This document shows, piece after piece, positions 1-11,351 of a stretch of 51,342 nt of DNA. The notes under the pieces are model-generated. The model saw only the letters and a list, made by a program, of their open reading frames with translations. It ran no database searches and was not told where the DNA came from. Within the stretch, counting starts at the first letter, position 1. The number at the start of each line of letters is the position of its first letter. Location of the stretch: assembly GCA_963575745.1 (NCBI GenBank), contig CAUYUJ010000037.1, positions 620,001 through 671,342 of the forward strand. Reading direction: 5' to 3'. Source of the DNA: Prorocentrum cordatum. Taxonomy: Eukaryota. A program made the position numbers and the translations under genes.

Positions 1-104
1 GCGACCCCCTCGCGACCCACCCTTGATCCACCTGCGACCCACCCAGAGGACGGAAAGACAACAAGGTTAGCCAACATGGACTCTAAACAGTTGTGTTTCT
101 AGCA

Positions 105-1400
105 ATACATGTGGTGCAACCTACGTGGTGCAATATTTGTTGCGCAATATATGTGGGGCGATATATGCGGTGCAGTTGGTTTTAGCAAACGAGTTGGCAC
201 ATTCCGTGCTCTTGCTAGCATCCCGCCCACGCACCCGCAATTTGGCTTGCAAAACCCACGCGGTGGCGATTGCGATGCATGCATGGCGTTGGCTGGTGCA
301 TCTCTGCGGCCGCGCCAAACCAAGCGCGCGCGCGCAGCAGCCAGCCAGTTCGGCGCGACCGATTCGGCCGCGGTGGCGCTGACCGCTGGGCACATCCCAG
401 CGGGCACTTTACTGTGAGTCGGCTGCTTGGGCGGGCGCGGTAGCACGGCAACGTCGACAACGGTAGACATGATCATGGCACGATGCTGGTGGCGATGTTG
501 ACAATGACGAAGGCGCGGCCAGTCTGGGCGCCGATGTTGATCACGCCGACGACGATGACGACGTCCTCGCGTCGGTTATGAAAGTTTTGGAAAGAGTTCG
601 ACGTGCGCGCGCGGCCGACGCGAGAGAGTGGCCCACATGGTGTTATTTGACACGGATCGTGCCCTTCCCCCCAGCACGCGCGCAAGGGCGTGCGAATCAT
701 GTCGGCATGAGGCGCGAGGGGCCCGCAACAGTTTATGAAAATTGTGGAAAACCATGGTTTTTCCAAGAATTCACAAAGGGCGCGAGCGCACGATTTTTTG
801 TTGAAAACGAATGTCGCGAAACCGTGTGTTTTGTGTGTGTGTTTTGGACATTCGGTTTGGGCGCGGCTACGAAACCGAAGGATTCCAGCATGCGCGCGAC
901 GAGCACGCGCATGTCGTCACACGTTTTACAAAACATAACAATAAAAAAATGTCATCGCGACGGCAGGCGCGCATGGGCGGTCGAACGATTTCAACATGCG
1001 CGCTCGAAACCTGTTTGGTAGTGTGTGTGTGTGTATATGTGTATGTGTGTGGTTGTTGTTGTTGTTTGCTGGGAAAAATGAAACGCATGGTTGTTAGAAA
1101 ATCCACACGAGCGCGCGCGCAAGCTCTCTTCGAAAATCCGCGTTGCGAAACCAAGCGTGTTTATATGTTCCTTGGGCACCCGATATTGAAAATCGCGACG
1201 GAAAACAAATATCGTTGAAGGATTTCGGCCTTCGCTCGCGACGACGCGCGCGTGCGCATTTCGTCTCACGATTTGCAAGGTACTTTTGACAACTTATGGT
1301 GTTTTGTAAGCGGGTGCGCGCGCATAGTATTTTTCTGCAGAGGATGATGGTGGTGGGGGGGGGGCGATACCGCCTGGGCTGAGATGGCACGACTCCAAAT
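105..1400 (+). repeat. Dispersed repeat family A, copy 1 (GTGGTGCAA-rich head, CGCGCG-rich body)
   Basis: Collinear by eye with 3215-4760. Shared blocks include TGGCGTTGGCTGGTGCATCTCTGCGGCCGCGCCA versus TGGCGCTGGCTGGTGCATCCCTGCGGCCGCGCCA, and the GATACCG..GGGATGG-type end. Confidence 0.8.
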
Positions 1401-1729
1401 TTAGGATGGGCAATCGGGCAAACCCACAAGTATATTGCCATACGAAAAGGGGTACTGATAATCCGGGGGGTCGGTTCTCTTTTTAGAAAAAAAGGGTAAC
1501 ACATGTGGTGCAGCATTTGTTGTGCGATATATGTTCCATATGTTGCAAGATGTGTTGCGCAATCTATGTGGTGCACTCGATAGTGTAACATGTGATGTGC
1601 AACCTACGTGGTGCAAAACATGCTATGTGAATGACGCTGTGCAGTCTGACCATATATGTGGTGCAGTCGGCGTGTTGCAATATAGGTTGTGCAATATGTG
1701 CGGTGCAATATATACATTCACACACATGT

Positions 1730-1828
1730 GTATAATATATATATATATATGCATACATACAAACATACATGCATCTACATATTCATATACATACACATAA
1801 ACATAAACAAATACATACACATACGCAC

Positions 1829-1871
<43 letters not shown>

Positions 1872-1883
1872 CGCATTTACATT

Positions 1884-1923
<40 letters not shown>

Positions 1924-1930
1924 CTTACAT
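1730..1930. repeat. (TA)n/(ACATAT)n microsatellite
   Basis: Directly visible tandem ACATAT units. Confidence 0.95.
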
Positions 1931-1989
1931 AGTATGAAGAAATACCGCCCCCCCCCCAGCCCCGTGTGCCACACCTCCCCGCCACATCT

Positions 1990-2930
1990 TTGGGACGCTC
2001 CCGGCACCGCTCCCCCAGGCGTTCCCAGGAGCCTCCACAGCGCTCCAGGAGGGCCCAAGACGACTTCCAGGAGCACCCAGAATGCGAAAGGATGGTCCAA
2101 GACGCTCCCAAGCATCCCAGGTCAGCATTCCGACGGCTCTCGAGGCTGCCAGGTAACCTCCAAGAGACCCCAAGAGAGGTCCGAGAGGCGTCCCGGGACG
2201 GCCAGAAGAGGCCAAAATCGTAGATTTTCATTTGTTTTGTTCAATGCTTTTGGCTTCTCGCGTTTTCGAGCGAGAGCCGTCTCGAGAGAGCCAGAGAGGG
2301 TAAAGTCGTTGATTTCCAATGGTTTTTCTAATGGTTTTCGCCTTCTCATGGTTTCCCGCTTCCAACCCTCGAAGATCTAGGATTTGGGGCAAAAAACAAT
2401 GAAATTCCGAGAATTCCCTGTTAAAAAAAAGTGGGACTCCTACTCGGGGGTCCCACACATCCCCTGACTGGCCGGTACCGCGCCTCCCGGCTTCCCGGGG
2501 GGAGACCCCAAGACGCCGAAGGACAGCCCATGATGGCCCCAAGGAGCCCCCATAACGTAAAGAACGGCCCAACACGCTCCCGCGCAGCCCGAGACACCGT
2601 TCCGACGGCTCTCCAGGCTTCCAGGAGGCCTCCAGAAACCCCAGGGGGTCTGGAAGATCCCACACCCCTGAGGGGCCCGGCTAACAAAACCCGCGAGGCA
2701 CAAACAAAAAACAGCGCCGAACAGCGCCGAGGAACTGGCAAAAAATGGGAATCCCACAATTCTGTTTTGTTTTTCAAGCTTGGCCCCCGGTCTACTTTTG
2801 CACAACAGACCAAAATTACGATCCCCCTCACCTTCCAAAATGAACTCATGAAGCCTTTGAGCACTTCCCCTTCTATACGATTCCGAGGCTTGCGCAGGGC
2901 CTCCAAGGGAGTCCCTGGACGCAAGAAGCG
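1990..2930 (+). repeat. CCAAGA/CCAGGAG-rich interspersed repeat
   Basis: Same motif vocabulary as 35780-36720 and 45230-48000, and in reverse orientation 13480-13750, 21170-21790 and 49450-50170. Confidence 0.65.
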
Positions 2931-2965
2931 ACCAACATAATATTACATGAATTGGCCGATCAAGC

Positions 2966-3011
2966 CTAGCTAGACCTTGAGCGCGCGCGAAGCGCGCGCG
3001 ATGGTTCTAGT
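2966..3011 (+). mobile_element. Helitron-like 3' terminus: GCGCGCGC-GAA-GCGCGCGC hairpin followed by CTAG|T
   Basis: Hairpin at 2981-2999, CTAG at 3007-3010, then T and a microsatellite. A near-identical copy is at 48055-48100. Confidence 0.6.
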
Positions 3012-3210
3012 CTCTCTCTCTCTCTCTTACGTATTTGTTCCCATACATACATGCATGCATGCATACATACAAACATACATACATACATACATGCATACAT
3101 ACACATATACATACATACATACATACATACATACATACATACATACATGCATACATACATACATTCATACATACATCCACACACATTTATATATATACAT
3201 ACATACATAG
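3012..3210. repeat. (CT)n followed by (TACA)n microsatellite
   Basis: Directly visible. Confidence 0.95.
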
Positions 3211-3214
3211 CTCA

Positions 3215-4760
3215 TGCGTCGTGCAACCTATGGTGCGAAATAGACTTGGTGCAATGGATGTGGTGCAAATTGTGTCTGTTCGCAGTGAGTTGCCCACTCC
3301 ACTGCTCGCGCAAACATCCCACCCACCCACCCGCAACTTGGTTTGCAAACCTCATGCTGCGGCGACTTCGATGAGTGCTTGGCGCTGGCTGGTGCATCCC
3401 TGCGGCCGCGCCACCCCGCGCACGCGCGCGCGCGGCGGCCAGCTAGCTTGGCGCGACTGACGCGGCCGCGGTGGTGCTGACCGTTCAGCACATCCCAGCG
3501 GGCACGTGAGTGCGAGTCGGCGATTTAGGCGGGCGCGGTATCATGGCAACGTCGACTATGGTAGACACGGTGATGATGATAGTAGCGATGTTGGTGACGA
3601 TGCTGACAGCGACGACGGCACGGCCAGTGACATGCCAATCACGCCGACGACGATGACGGCGTCTTCGCGTCGGTGATGAAGGTTTTGGAAGAAATTCGAA
3701 ATGCGCGCGCGGCAGACGCGCGAGAGTGGCCCGCATGGTTTGATGCGACACGGACTGTGCCACCCCAGCACGCGCACACAACGGCGTTCGAACGATTCCG
3801 ATATGCGCGCGCGAAGCCCGTTTGGTAGCATACCACGAAAATGTAGGAACAAAAACGCATGGTTGTCTTAAGGACTCGCACGAGCGAGCGCGCGCACGTT
3901 TTTGTTGAAAGCCCGTCTTGCGAAACGATGTTTTTTTGTTGCGGTTTCTTGTTGGACACTCAATTTGGGAACCCCTCCGAAACCTACGGTTTTTGAAGGA
4001 TTGTGGCATGCGCGCGCGACGACGCGCGCGCGTGCACTTCGTTTCACTGTTTGCAGAGGATTTTCGCGACGGCGCGCGCGCAAGGGCGCTCGAACGATTT
4101 CGACACGCGCGCGCGAGGCCCGTTTGGTCGCATGTTCAGAAAATAGTTTTTCCTTAAAAAATGAAACAACAAACATTTTTTTTCAGAATTCGCAAGAGCG
4201 CGCGCACGTTTTTTTTGAAAACCTGCCTTGCGAAACCACTTTTTCGGGCACTCGATTTTCAACCCCTCCGAAACCTAAGGTGTTTGAACGATTCTGGCAT
4301 GCGCGCGCGACGACGCGCGCGCGTGCATGTCGTTTCATTGTTTGCAGGGGATTCTCGCGACGGCACGCGCGCAAGGGCGCTCGAACGATTTCGACAAGCG
4401 CGCGCGAAGCCCGTTGGATATCATTTTTTCAGAAAAATATTGAAAAACTATGCTTGTTTTAAGAACTCGCAAGGGCGCGCGCACGTTTTTTTTTGACAAC
4501 CTGCCTTGCGAAACCTTGTGTTTTTGTGTGTTGTGTGGACACTCGGTTTTGACACCCTTCCGAAACCCAAGATTATTGAAGGATTTCGGCATGCGCGCGC
4601 GACGACGCGCGCGTGTGTACTTCGTCCCGTTTTTTGTTGCAAGAGGTTTTTGGCAACTCATGATTTTTGACATAAACGAGTGCGTGCGCATAGCATTTGT
4701 TCCAGAGGGCGACGGAGGGGGTCGATACCGGGTGGCCTGGGATGGTATGGGCTCAGTAGG
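3215..4760 (+). repeat. Dispersed repeat family A, copy 2, with internal ~290-bp tandem units
   Basis: GCATGCGCGCGCGACGACGCGCGCG recurs at about 4007, 4298 and 4589. Homologous to 105-1400. Confidence 0.8.
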
Positions 4761-4784
4761 AAAATGCACGAAGGGTCACGGTCA

Positions 4785-4800
4785 TATATATATATATGTA

Positions 4801-4844
<44 letters not shown>

Positions 4845-5250
4845 AATCAAGGTTTGCCTCTGTAGGGGTCCTAGCGGATTTAAGGGCAGGTGAGGTGCAG
4901 CGCCGATTCGGTGGTCGGGCCCGGGTGCCTGGGTCCCGGGTGCCCGGGTGCCCGGGTTCGCCGCTCATTCGGTTGCCGGGTTCGCCGCCGATTCGGTGAC
5001 CGGGCCCGGGTGCCCGGATGCCCGCGGGTGCCGGGGTGCCCGGGTGACGGGTGCCCGGTGCCCGGGTGGGTGCCCGGGTGCCGGGTGCCGGGTGCCCGGG
5101 TGCCTGGTGCTCTGTAGCCCTATAGCCTTATAGCCCTATATCCCTATCGCCCTATAGCCCTATAGCCGCATTACCCATATAGCAATATATCGCCCATATA
5201 GCGCACATGAGCCCATATAGCCCTGTAGCCCTACAGCCCTACAGCCCTGA
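4785..5250. repeat. (TA)n, (GCCCGGGT)n and (TATAGCCC)n simple-repeat cluster
   Basis: Directly visible tandem units. Confidence 0.9.
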
Positions 5251-8200
5251 AATGATTATCATTGGGGTTTTTCTCTGGTATCATATGTCTGTGTATATGT
5301 ATATGTATATATATATATATATGTGTGGACTTCCCATCGGAACGCGTGGCTGACAACCCCGGGGTGGGGTGATGGGGGTAGAATCGAATTTCTTAAAAGA
5401 GAGGAGCATATACGTGGTGCAATCTAAGTCAAGCGACGAAAAGCAGCGCAAAGCAGCGCGAAGCAACGCAAAGCAACGCAAAGCAACGCGAAGCAATCTA
5501 TGTGGTGCAATCTGACGGCGGCGACTAGCGGCGACGGCGTCGATCCTGATAGGGATGGTGCGGGCGACGACGGCGATGCCGACGATGATGGTGTCTTGTA
5601 TTTTCTGCGGTGGTGATGCTGGTGATGACCATGGTGGTGATGACGATGATGCTGATGATGACTTCAACGAAGGTCATGATTCGGGGGTTCTGGTGACGAT
5701 CATGGCGATGGCGATGCTGGCACTGCGATGAAAGGCCATGGTGACGAGGAAGATGGCAATGCCGATGCTGCCACTGGACGGCGAATGCGGTGACGACGAC
5801 GGCGACCACGATGCCATTCTTACGACGATTGTGGCTATGCTAGTGGCGCTGGTGACGATGATGGCGCTGACAATCATTACGATTATTATGGAGATCGGAT
5901 GTTGAGATGTCTGCGGGAGCTGACACTGGAATGGCAGTAAGTTGAACAGGCAATGATGATGAGGAGGATGAGAACACATAAAGTAACCACGAACATAGAT
6001 GCTATATGTTTCTCTAGGCTTCGAGGCCTCTCTCGAGGCTCGCCAGCAGGGCCGACGCGGCAGACAGCAGCCCTGCGCAGGTGCTGCTGCATCAGAAGGG
6101 GTGCGAAAGAGAGGTGGGGGGGGCGAGGACAAGCAAGAGGATGACGAGGATGGAGGCGAGAAAGGTGACAGTCAGGAGGACGACGAGAGGGAATGCCGAA
6201 ACCCTGCCCTCCCCCCTCGTCCTCGTCTTCGCCGCCCCTCTGGTCCCCCTCGTCCTCCTGCCCCTCGTGCCCCCATTTCGCGTCGCCCCCCCCACTCCCT
6301 CATCTCTTTCTCCTCCTCGTCCTCTTCCTTCTCTTCCTCCACATCCCCTTCTTCCCTACCCTACCATTGTCATATCCCTCCTGCCCCTCCTCACCCTCCG
6401 CTTCCCTCCCCCTCACCCCCCCCCCACACCTTGTGGCTCAGGCCCAAAACGGGCCCGCTGAGCAAACTTGCGCGCTACGTGCCATCGCCATTGGATACCA
6501 TTCGGCGAGACTTCGCCAACATGTCGGAGTGCCCCGTAGGGCTCTTCGCTTCAACCACCCAAGCGTGAACCCAAGGCATAGGACGATGGTGGATCGTGTG
6601 TAGGGGTCGTCACCAAAACCTTTAATGCAAACTGCCCTGGAACTTGTACCAGTTCCAGTGTGTCCACTCCGAACGCCTCACCACTGGCCCGTAATGGCAT
6701 CAATGCTTGAACCACTAAAATTGATGTGCGTGCGTGGGCTTGCCCACCCCGGGGACTGCAACGTATGCAACTTATGCTGGGCTACGTGGCGCCATCGGTT
6801 ATTCTTGCTTGTCTTGTATGCATTGCTGCGCGGCCGTGCTTTCCCGCCCTTGTGTCTTGGAAGACAACAGCCAATGGCCTCAGGACAACCGGCTGCGCGA
6901 ATGGCGCGCGATTGCCTAGTCATCAGGCGCCCGCAGCCGAATACCAGGCACCCGCTGCCTTCAACCACACCGTCCAGCCTTAAGCCGCCGCGGGCGGAGA
7001 CCAAACCAACCGTGGGTGGGGGTCCCTCGGACGACCTTTCCCTTATCCTGGAATGTGCCCACGTGCGGGTCTGCCCACGCGATCACCGATCCATGTTGGC
7101 GTGCGCCCGCCAAGGATGTCTCCCCCCCGGCTCTTCCCTGAGCGGGTGCTGGTGTCTGTCTGGGCCTGGGTCCGATGCGCCTGGATCCGTGCGTGCATGT
7201 GCCCAGGCGCCAGCCGGCGTATGGCTTCTCGGCTCGGACCGAACGGTGTCAACCATAATGTTTGAAATAGCGCCACGCGAGAGCCCCGTTCAACGCAGAT
7301 GGAATAGAGCCGCCCTCAATCCGTGTGAGTAGTTGCTGCGCCATTGAAAGGCCTGGCCCACAAGCCTGAGAGGGGACCTCAAGCGAAGGTTCGTTTTGAA
7401 TCGGCGCCGTGCTCTCCAGCAGTGTGATTGCTGCGCGATGTTATGTGTTTGGACGTACAGCTTGAGGACGTCTGAAGCGAACGCCTCACATTGACAAGGG
7501 GCCTTGCTCCCCGCGTGTCTCTCGTGAGACTTGAAAGCCAAATTTCGCGGCGCTCAAGCGAGAGCTAATTTTGCAAACGGGCCGCACTCAATCCGTGTTG
7601 CTATTGCGAGCTGTTAGGACGAACGTTCGCGGCGCCAAGGCGAGGGCTTCATGTTTTGAGACCGATGTGTTCTCCATCCGCACGATTGCCGGGAAACGCA
7701 TTCAAAAAAAATCGGTTCAGAAGTGGTGAGGACGAAGCGCTCGGACCGCCCGCTCGTCGGCACGTATGGTTGTGCGGCGAGCACAACCTTACAAGGAAGA
7801 GCGAGGGGTGAGGAGAAGGCGGAGGAGAAGCGGGAGGAGGCGCGGTGCCCAGGGTGCAGAGCGCGAGGAGGGAGGTTGCTGCCGTGGTGGCCTTGGCCGG
7901 GACGCAGTGGCTGAAGAAGGAGCCCCGCGAGCGGGCGCCAGAGGGCGCGGGGGAGGGGGTCGCCAGCAGAGGAGGCAGCCGGGCCAATCGCGCAGAGCGA
8001 CGACGTCGTCTTCGTCGCCAGCGTCGGCGTCAACGGTCAACAGCGGCGTCGTCTTCGGCGCTGGTGTCGCCATCGACGCCGTCCTCTTCCTCCTCCCTCC
8101 TCGTCCTCCTCCTCCTCCTCCTCCTCCTCCTCCTCCTCGGCCTCCTCCTCCTCCTCGTCTTCCTCCTCCTCCTCCTCCTCCTCCTCTTCCTCCTCTTCCT

Positions 8201-8956
8201 CCTTCTCCTCCTCCTCAGTGTCCGGGCTGGTCGAGCGGGATGGATGTGAGCGGGCGTGCTGGGCCATGCCTGCCGAACTCCTGGGGAGGAGGGGCACACT
8301 TGGAGCGCGGCGGGCTCGGAGGCGCGCCAGGCGCCAGGCCTCCCACGCGCCACGTCCCCCTGCACAGTGGAGCGCGCTCGGGGCCCTCCGCTGCGCCGGG
8401 GCCGCGTGCGCCCGCGGCCTCGCTGGAGAAGCCCTGGCGGAAGTCGGCGGCGAGCCCAGGGGGGAAGTGGGACGGGGCAGGCCCCCGCAGAAGGCGGCGG
8501 GCCTTCTCGGAAGCCCTCTCGGGCCGTCTGAGGAGGGTTCCAGGTTCCCCGAAGGCAGAGGCGGCTTCTCAGAAGGCCGGAGTGCTTCCGAGAAGCCGCG
8601 CCACCTTCCGAGAAGGCCTGCCCCCCCCCGCTCATTTCCCCCCCGGGCGCCCAGCCGAGAAAGCACCGGGAGAGCCAAGAAACGCCCAGAAGCGCCCAGG
8701 AGTTCCCGCGGGTTGAGGGTCTGGGCCCCTCGGAGAGCACGAGCAGCGCACAGCAAGTATAGTCCAGATGCTGGGATCTGGGCCACCTTGGTTTCAGGAG
8801 GGGCCAGGGTCTTCGGGCCGCTCTGCCGCAGCGCACGCCTGACTGCTGAGGCCTGTCCCAGTTTGGGGCGCTGGCGGCCGCGGGGTGTGGTTGCGCTCGG
8901 CGCACGACCTCGACGGACGGGCAGCGGCACCGGCCAGAGCGGCCGCGCCGGCCGAC

Positions 8957-9630
8957 ATGCCCTTCGACGCCAGCAGCGAACGCGGCCAGCACGTCCTGCG
9001 GGTATGCGCGTGGGCCGCGCTGCTGTAGCTGGCTGCGCCGTCCCAGCGCCGGTGGGACGAGGAACCCATCGAGGGGGTGGACGTCGAGGCGTCGTCCGCG
9101 CCCGGGTGGGCGGAATGGCGCGGAGGCCTCAGCAGGCGGCGCCGCGCCTTGCTGTCAATATGGCGGGGTGGAACCGCGTGGACCTGCACGCGCCGGTGGC
9201 GCCACGGCGAGGAGGAGCAGCGGTGACCCTGGTGCCCGCACACGCAGGCGTTGGCTCGTCACTGGTGGGCCGAGTGCGCCCGCTTCGGCGGCGAGCGCGC
9301 GAGGCCCGGGGCTGCTTTCAGAATCGCCCCGGAGCGGTGAGCCCGCCAGCCGCGGGTCACTTCCAAGAACGGTTGGGTGCTCCACGCTGGCGCAAGCCCT
9401 CTGGCGGCGAGCGCAGATGCAGATCGCAGCCTGCCTCCCCGGCGTTGCAGTGTGCGAGGCCTCGGCCGAGCAGCGCGACGACGCGCTGGGCGCCCCGCCC
9501 CCGGGCAGACCCCCGGACCCAGGTTGACGGGCGGCACCCGGCTCGCACTGGCACGGCGCGCGGCTCCACGGCCGCGACCTTATTTCTAGGTTATCGCTCA
9601 TTCATTCCACTTCTTTTCTGTAAGTGAAAA
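8957..9630 (+). pseudogene. Decayed 3' fragment of a non-LTR retrotransposon ORF with a C-terminal CCHC zinc knuckle
   Basis: Manual translation through stops gives ..RRALLSIWRGGTAWTCTRRW..QR*PWCPHTQALARHWWAECARF..RQPRVTSKNGW. This is a C-x2-C-x8-H-x4-C motif (9224-9277) with the first Cys mutated to TGA. A T-rich tail and a short A run follow. Confidence 0.6.
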
Positions 9631-10904
9631 AGCCACCCAGACTCCGACTTGTTTGCATGCAGCGGCACTCCACTCAGTGTCGCGCGGCACGGGAGAGCGC
9701 TCATGCGTTTTTCGGCGTTTTGTTTGACAATTCTCGCTGCTGTAGACGGGGGAAAGAGCACGCGCCGCGCCCGATCGGGAAGCACCGCTGTCCGGCAGTG
9801 GCGTGGGATCAACACTTGCTGTCCCTCGAATGGCCCATGATCGGCGACATGAACATGTGCCCCCTACGGCGGGGGCGCAAACATTCAATTCGCAGATGTA
9901 CACTCATGTTCGCCAGCGTGGACTCCACAGCGTGAGTCATTGCGGCGCCTTGGAGGTAGAAGCTACGCGGTGCAAGCTGCGTGCTGTGAGCCATGCCGTG
10001 AAAGTTTGCAGGTGCCAGCTACTCGGTGCAAGCTATGTGGTTTAAGATGTGTCGTGTGAGCAAAAAGCTATGTGGTGCAAGCTCTGCGCGCAGGGCGCCC
10101 ACCAGGCAGCACGGGCGGCAATGTGAAAAATCCTCGGCGGACCCACCCGGCGCACAGGGCGCCCACGAGCGCCCAGAGAGGCGGCACAGGCGGCAACGTG
10201 GCGCACTCTCGGCGGACCCAGCCAGCGCACGGGCGCCCACGAGCGCCCGCGAGGCGGCGCCGGCGGCAACGTACACCCGGCGCACGGGGCGCACAACGTT
10301 AGCCTGCGTGGGCCCCTAACAGCGTGCTTCTAGCAGTATATGTTGTGCAACCTAGGTGGGGCAACTAAGGCTGTTCGACCTACGTGGTGCAATAACGGCT
10401 GTACTATTTAGGGTATACAGCATATGTTGTTCAACCCATGTGTTTCAATCTACGTGGTACGATCAGCTTCCTTGCTTTGCGGTAGCAGGCCATGGGAGCC
10501 TGGCAAGTCCTCGCAACTCCGTCCGTAGAGTGCAACCGCGTGCGCTAGCGGTAGCGATAGGTAATGGATGGGGAAGCGCCGATTCAGCGTCGACTCGATC
10601 CAGCGTCGGGCAGCGTCCATTCGCAAGAGCCAGCAAGATGGCATGGGAGGTCCCAGTGAGTTGCCGCAGAACTGTTTCATCCCCACGGTTCGGCTCTGGC
10701 GCGGGAGCTGTCCGACTTGGGATTTGGCCCAGTGGGCGTGCGGCATCGCCGCTCTCGACCGTCGTGCGTGCGACGTCCATGGGCGTGCGCCTCGTGAGCT
10801 GGAGATCGCATGTCAGCGCTGCAAAAGCGCGCGGAGGGGATCGAGGCGAAGGACGACGACGACGACGAGACGCGTGGAGGGTATCACGTGGAACACACGA
10901 GTGC

Positions 10905-11135
10905 ACAGAGAGGAAGAAAGCGAGAGAGAGAGAGAGAGAGACAGAGACGGAGACAGAGACAAGTCAGATACAGGGACAGAGACAGAGTCGGAGAGGGAGA
11001 CGGAGAGGAAACGAAATAAAGAGAAAAAGGAGAGAGAGGGAGAGAGAGACAGGACACAAAATAGAGGGAGAGCGACAGAGACAGAGACAGAAACAGACAG
11101 AGGAAGAGAGGTATAGAGAGAGAGAGAGAAAGGAG
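10905..11135. repeat. (GA)/(GACA)-rich polypurine tract
   Basis: Directly visible. Confidence 0.9.
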
Positions 11136-11318
11136 GATGAGGAGGACAATCAGGGACAACGACATGGTAAGTTCGGCTTCCGCTCCGGATTCTGACCTCT
11201 GGAGGTCTTTGGAGGACCTGGAGGCTTCCAAAGTGGCGGATAGCGCCAACATCTCAACGCAATGACCGACAAGCGCACAATAAGCTTTCGTCGTCTCTCT
11301 AAACCTGAGGCCAAGATC

Positions 11319-11351
<33 letters not shown>

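Noticed and set aside
6428..6445. Spliced-leader relic (TTGTGGCTCAGG)
   Set aside because: The match is too short and no credible ORF follows.
7766..9627. Long ORFs of 316-469 aa
   Set aside because: They arise from CCT repeats and GC-rich stop-poor DNA. The only real signal is the LINE fragment in another, interrupted frame.
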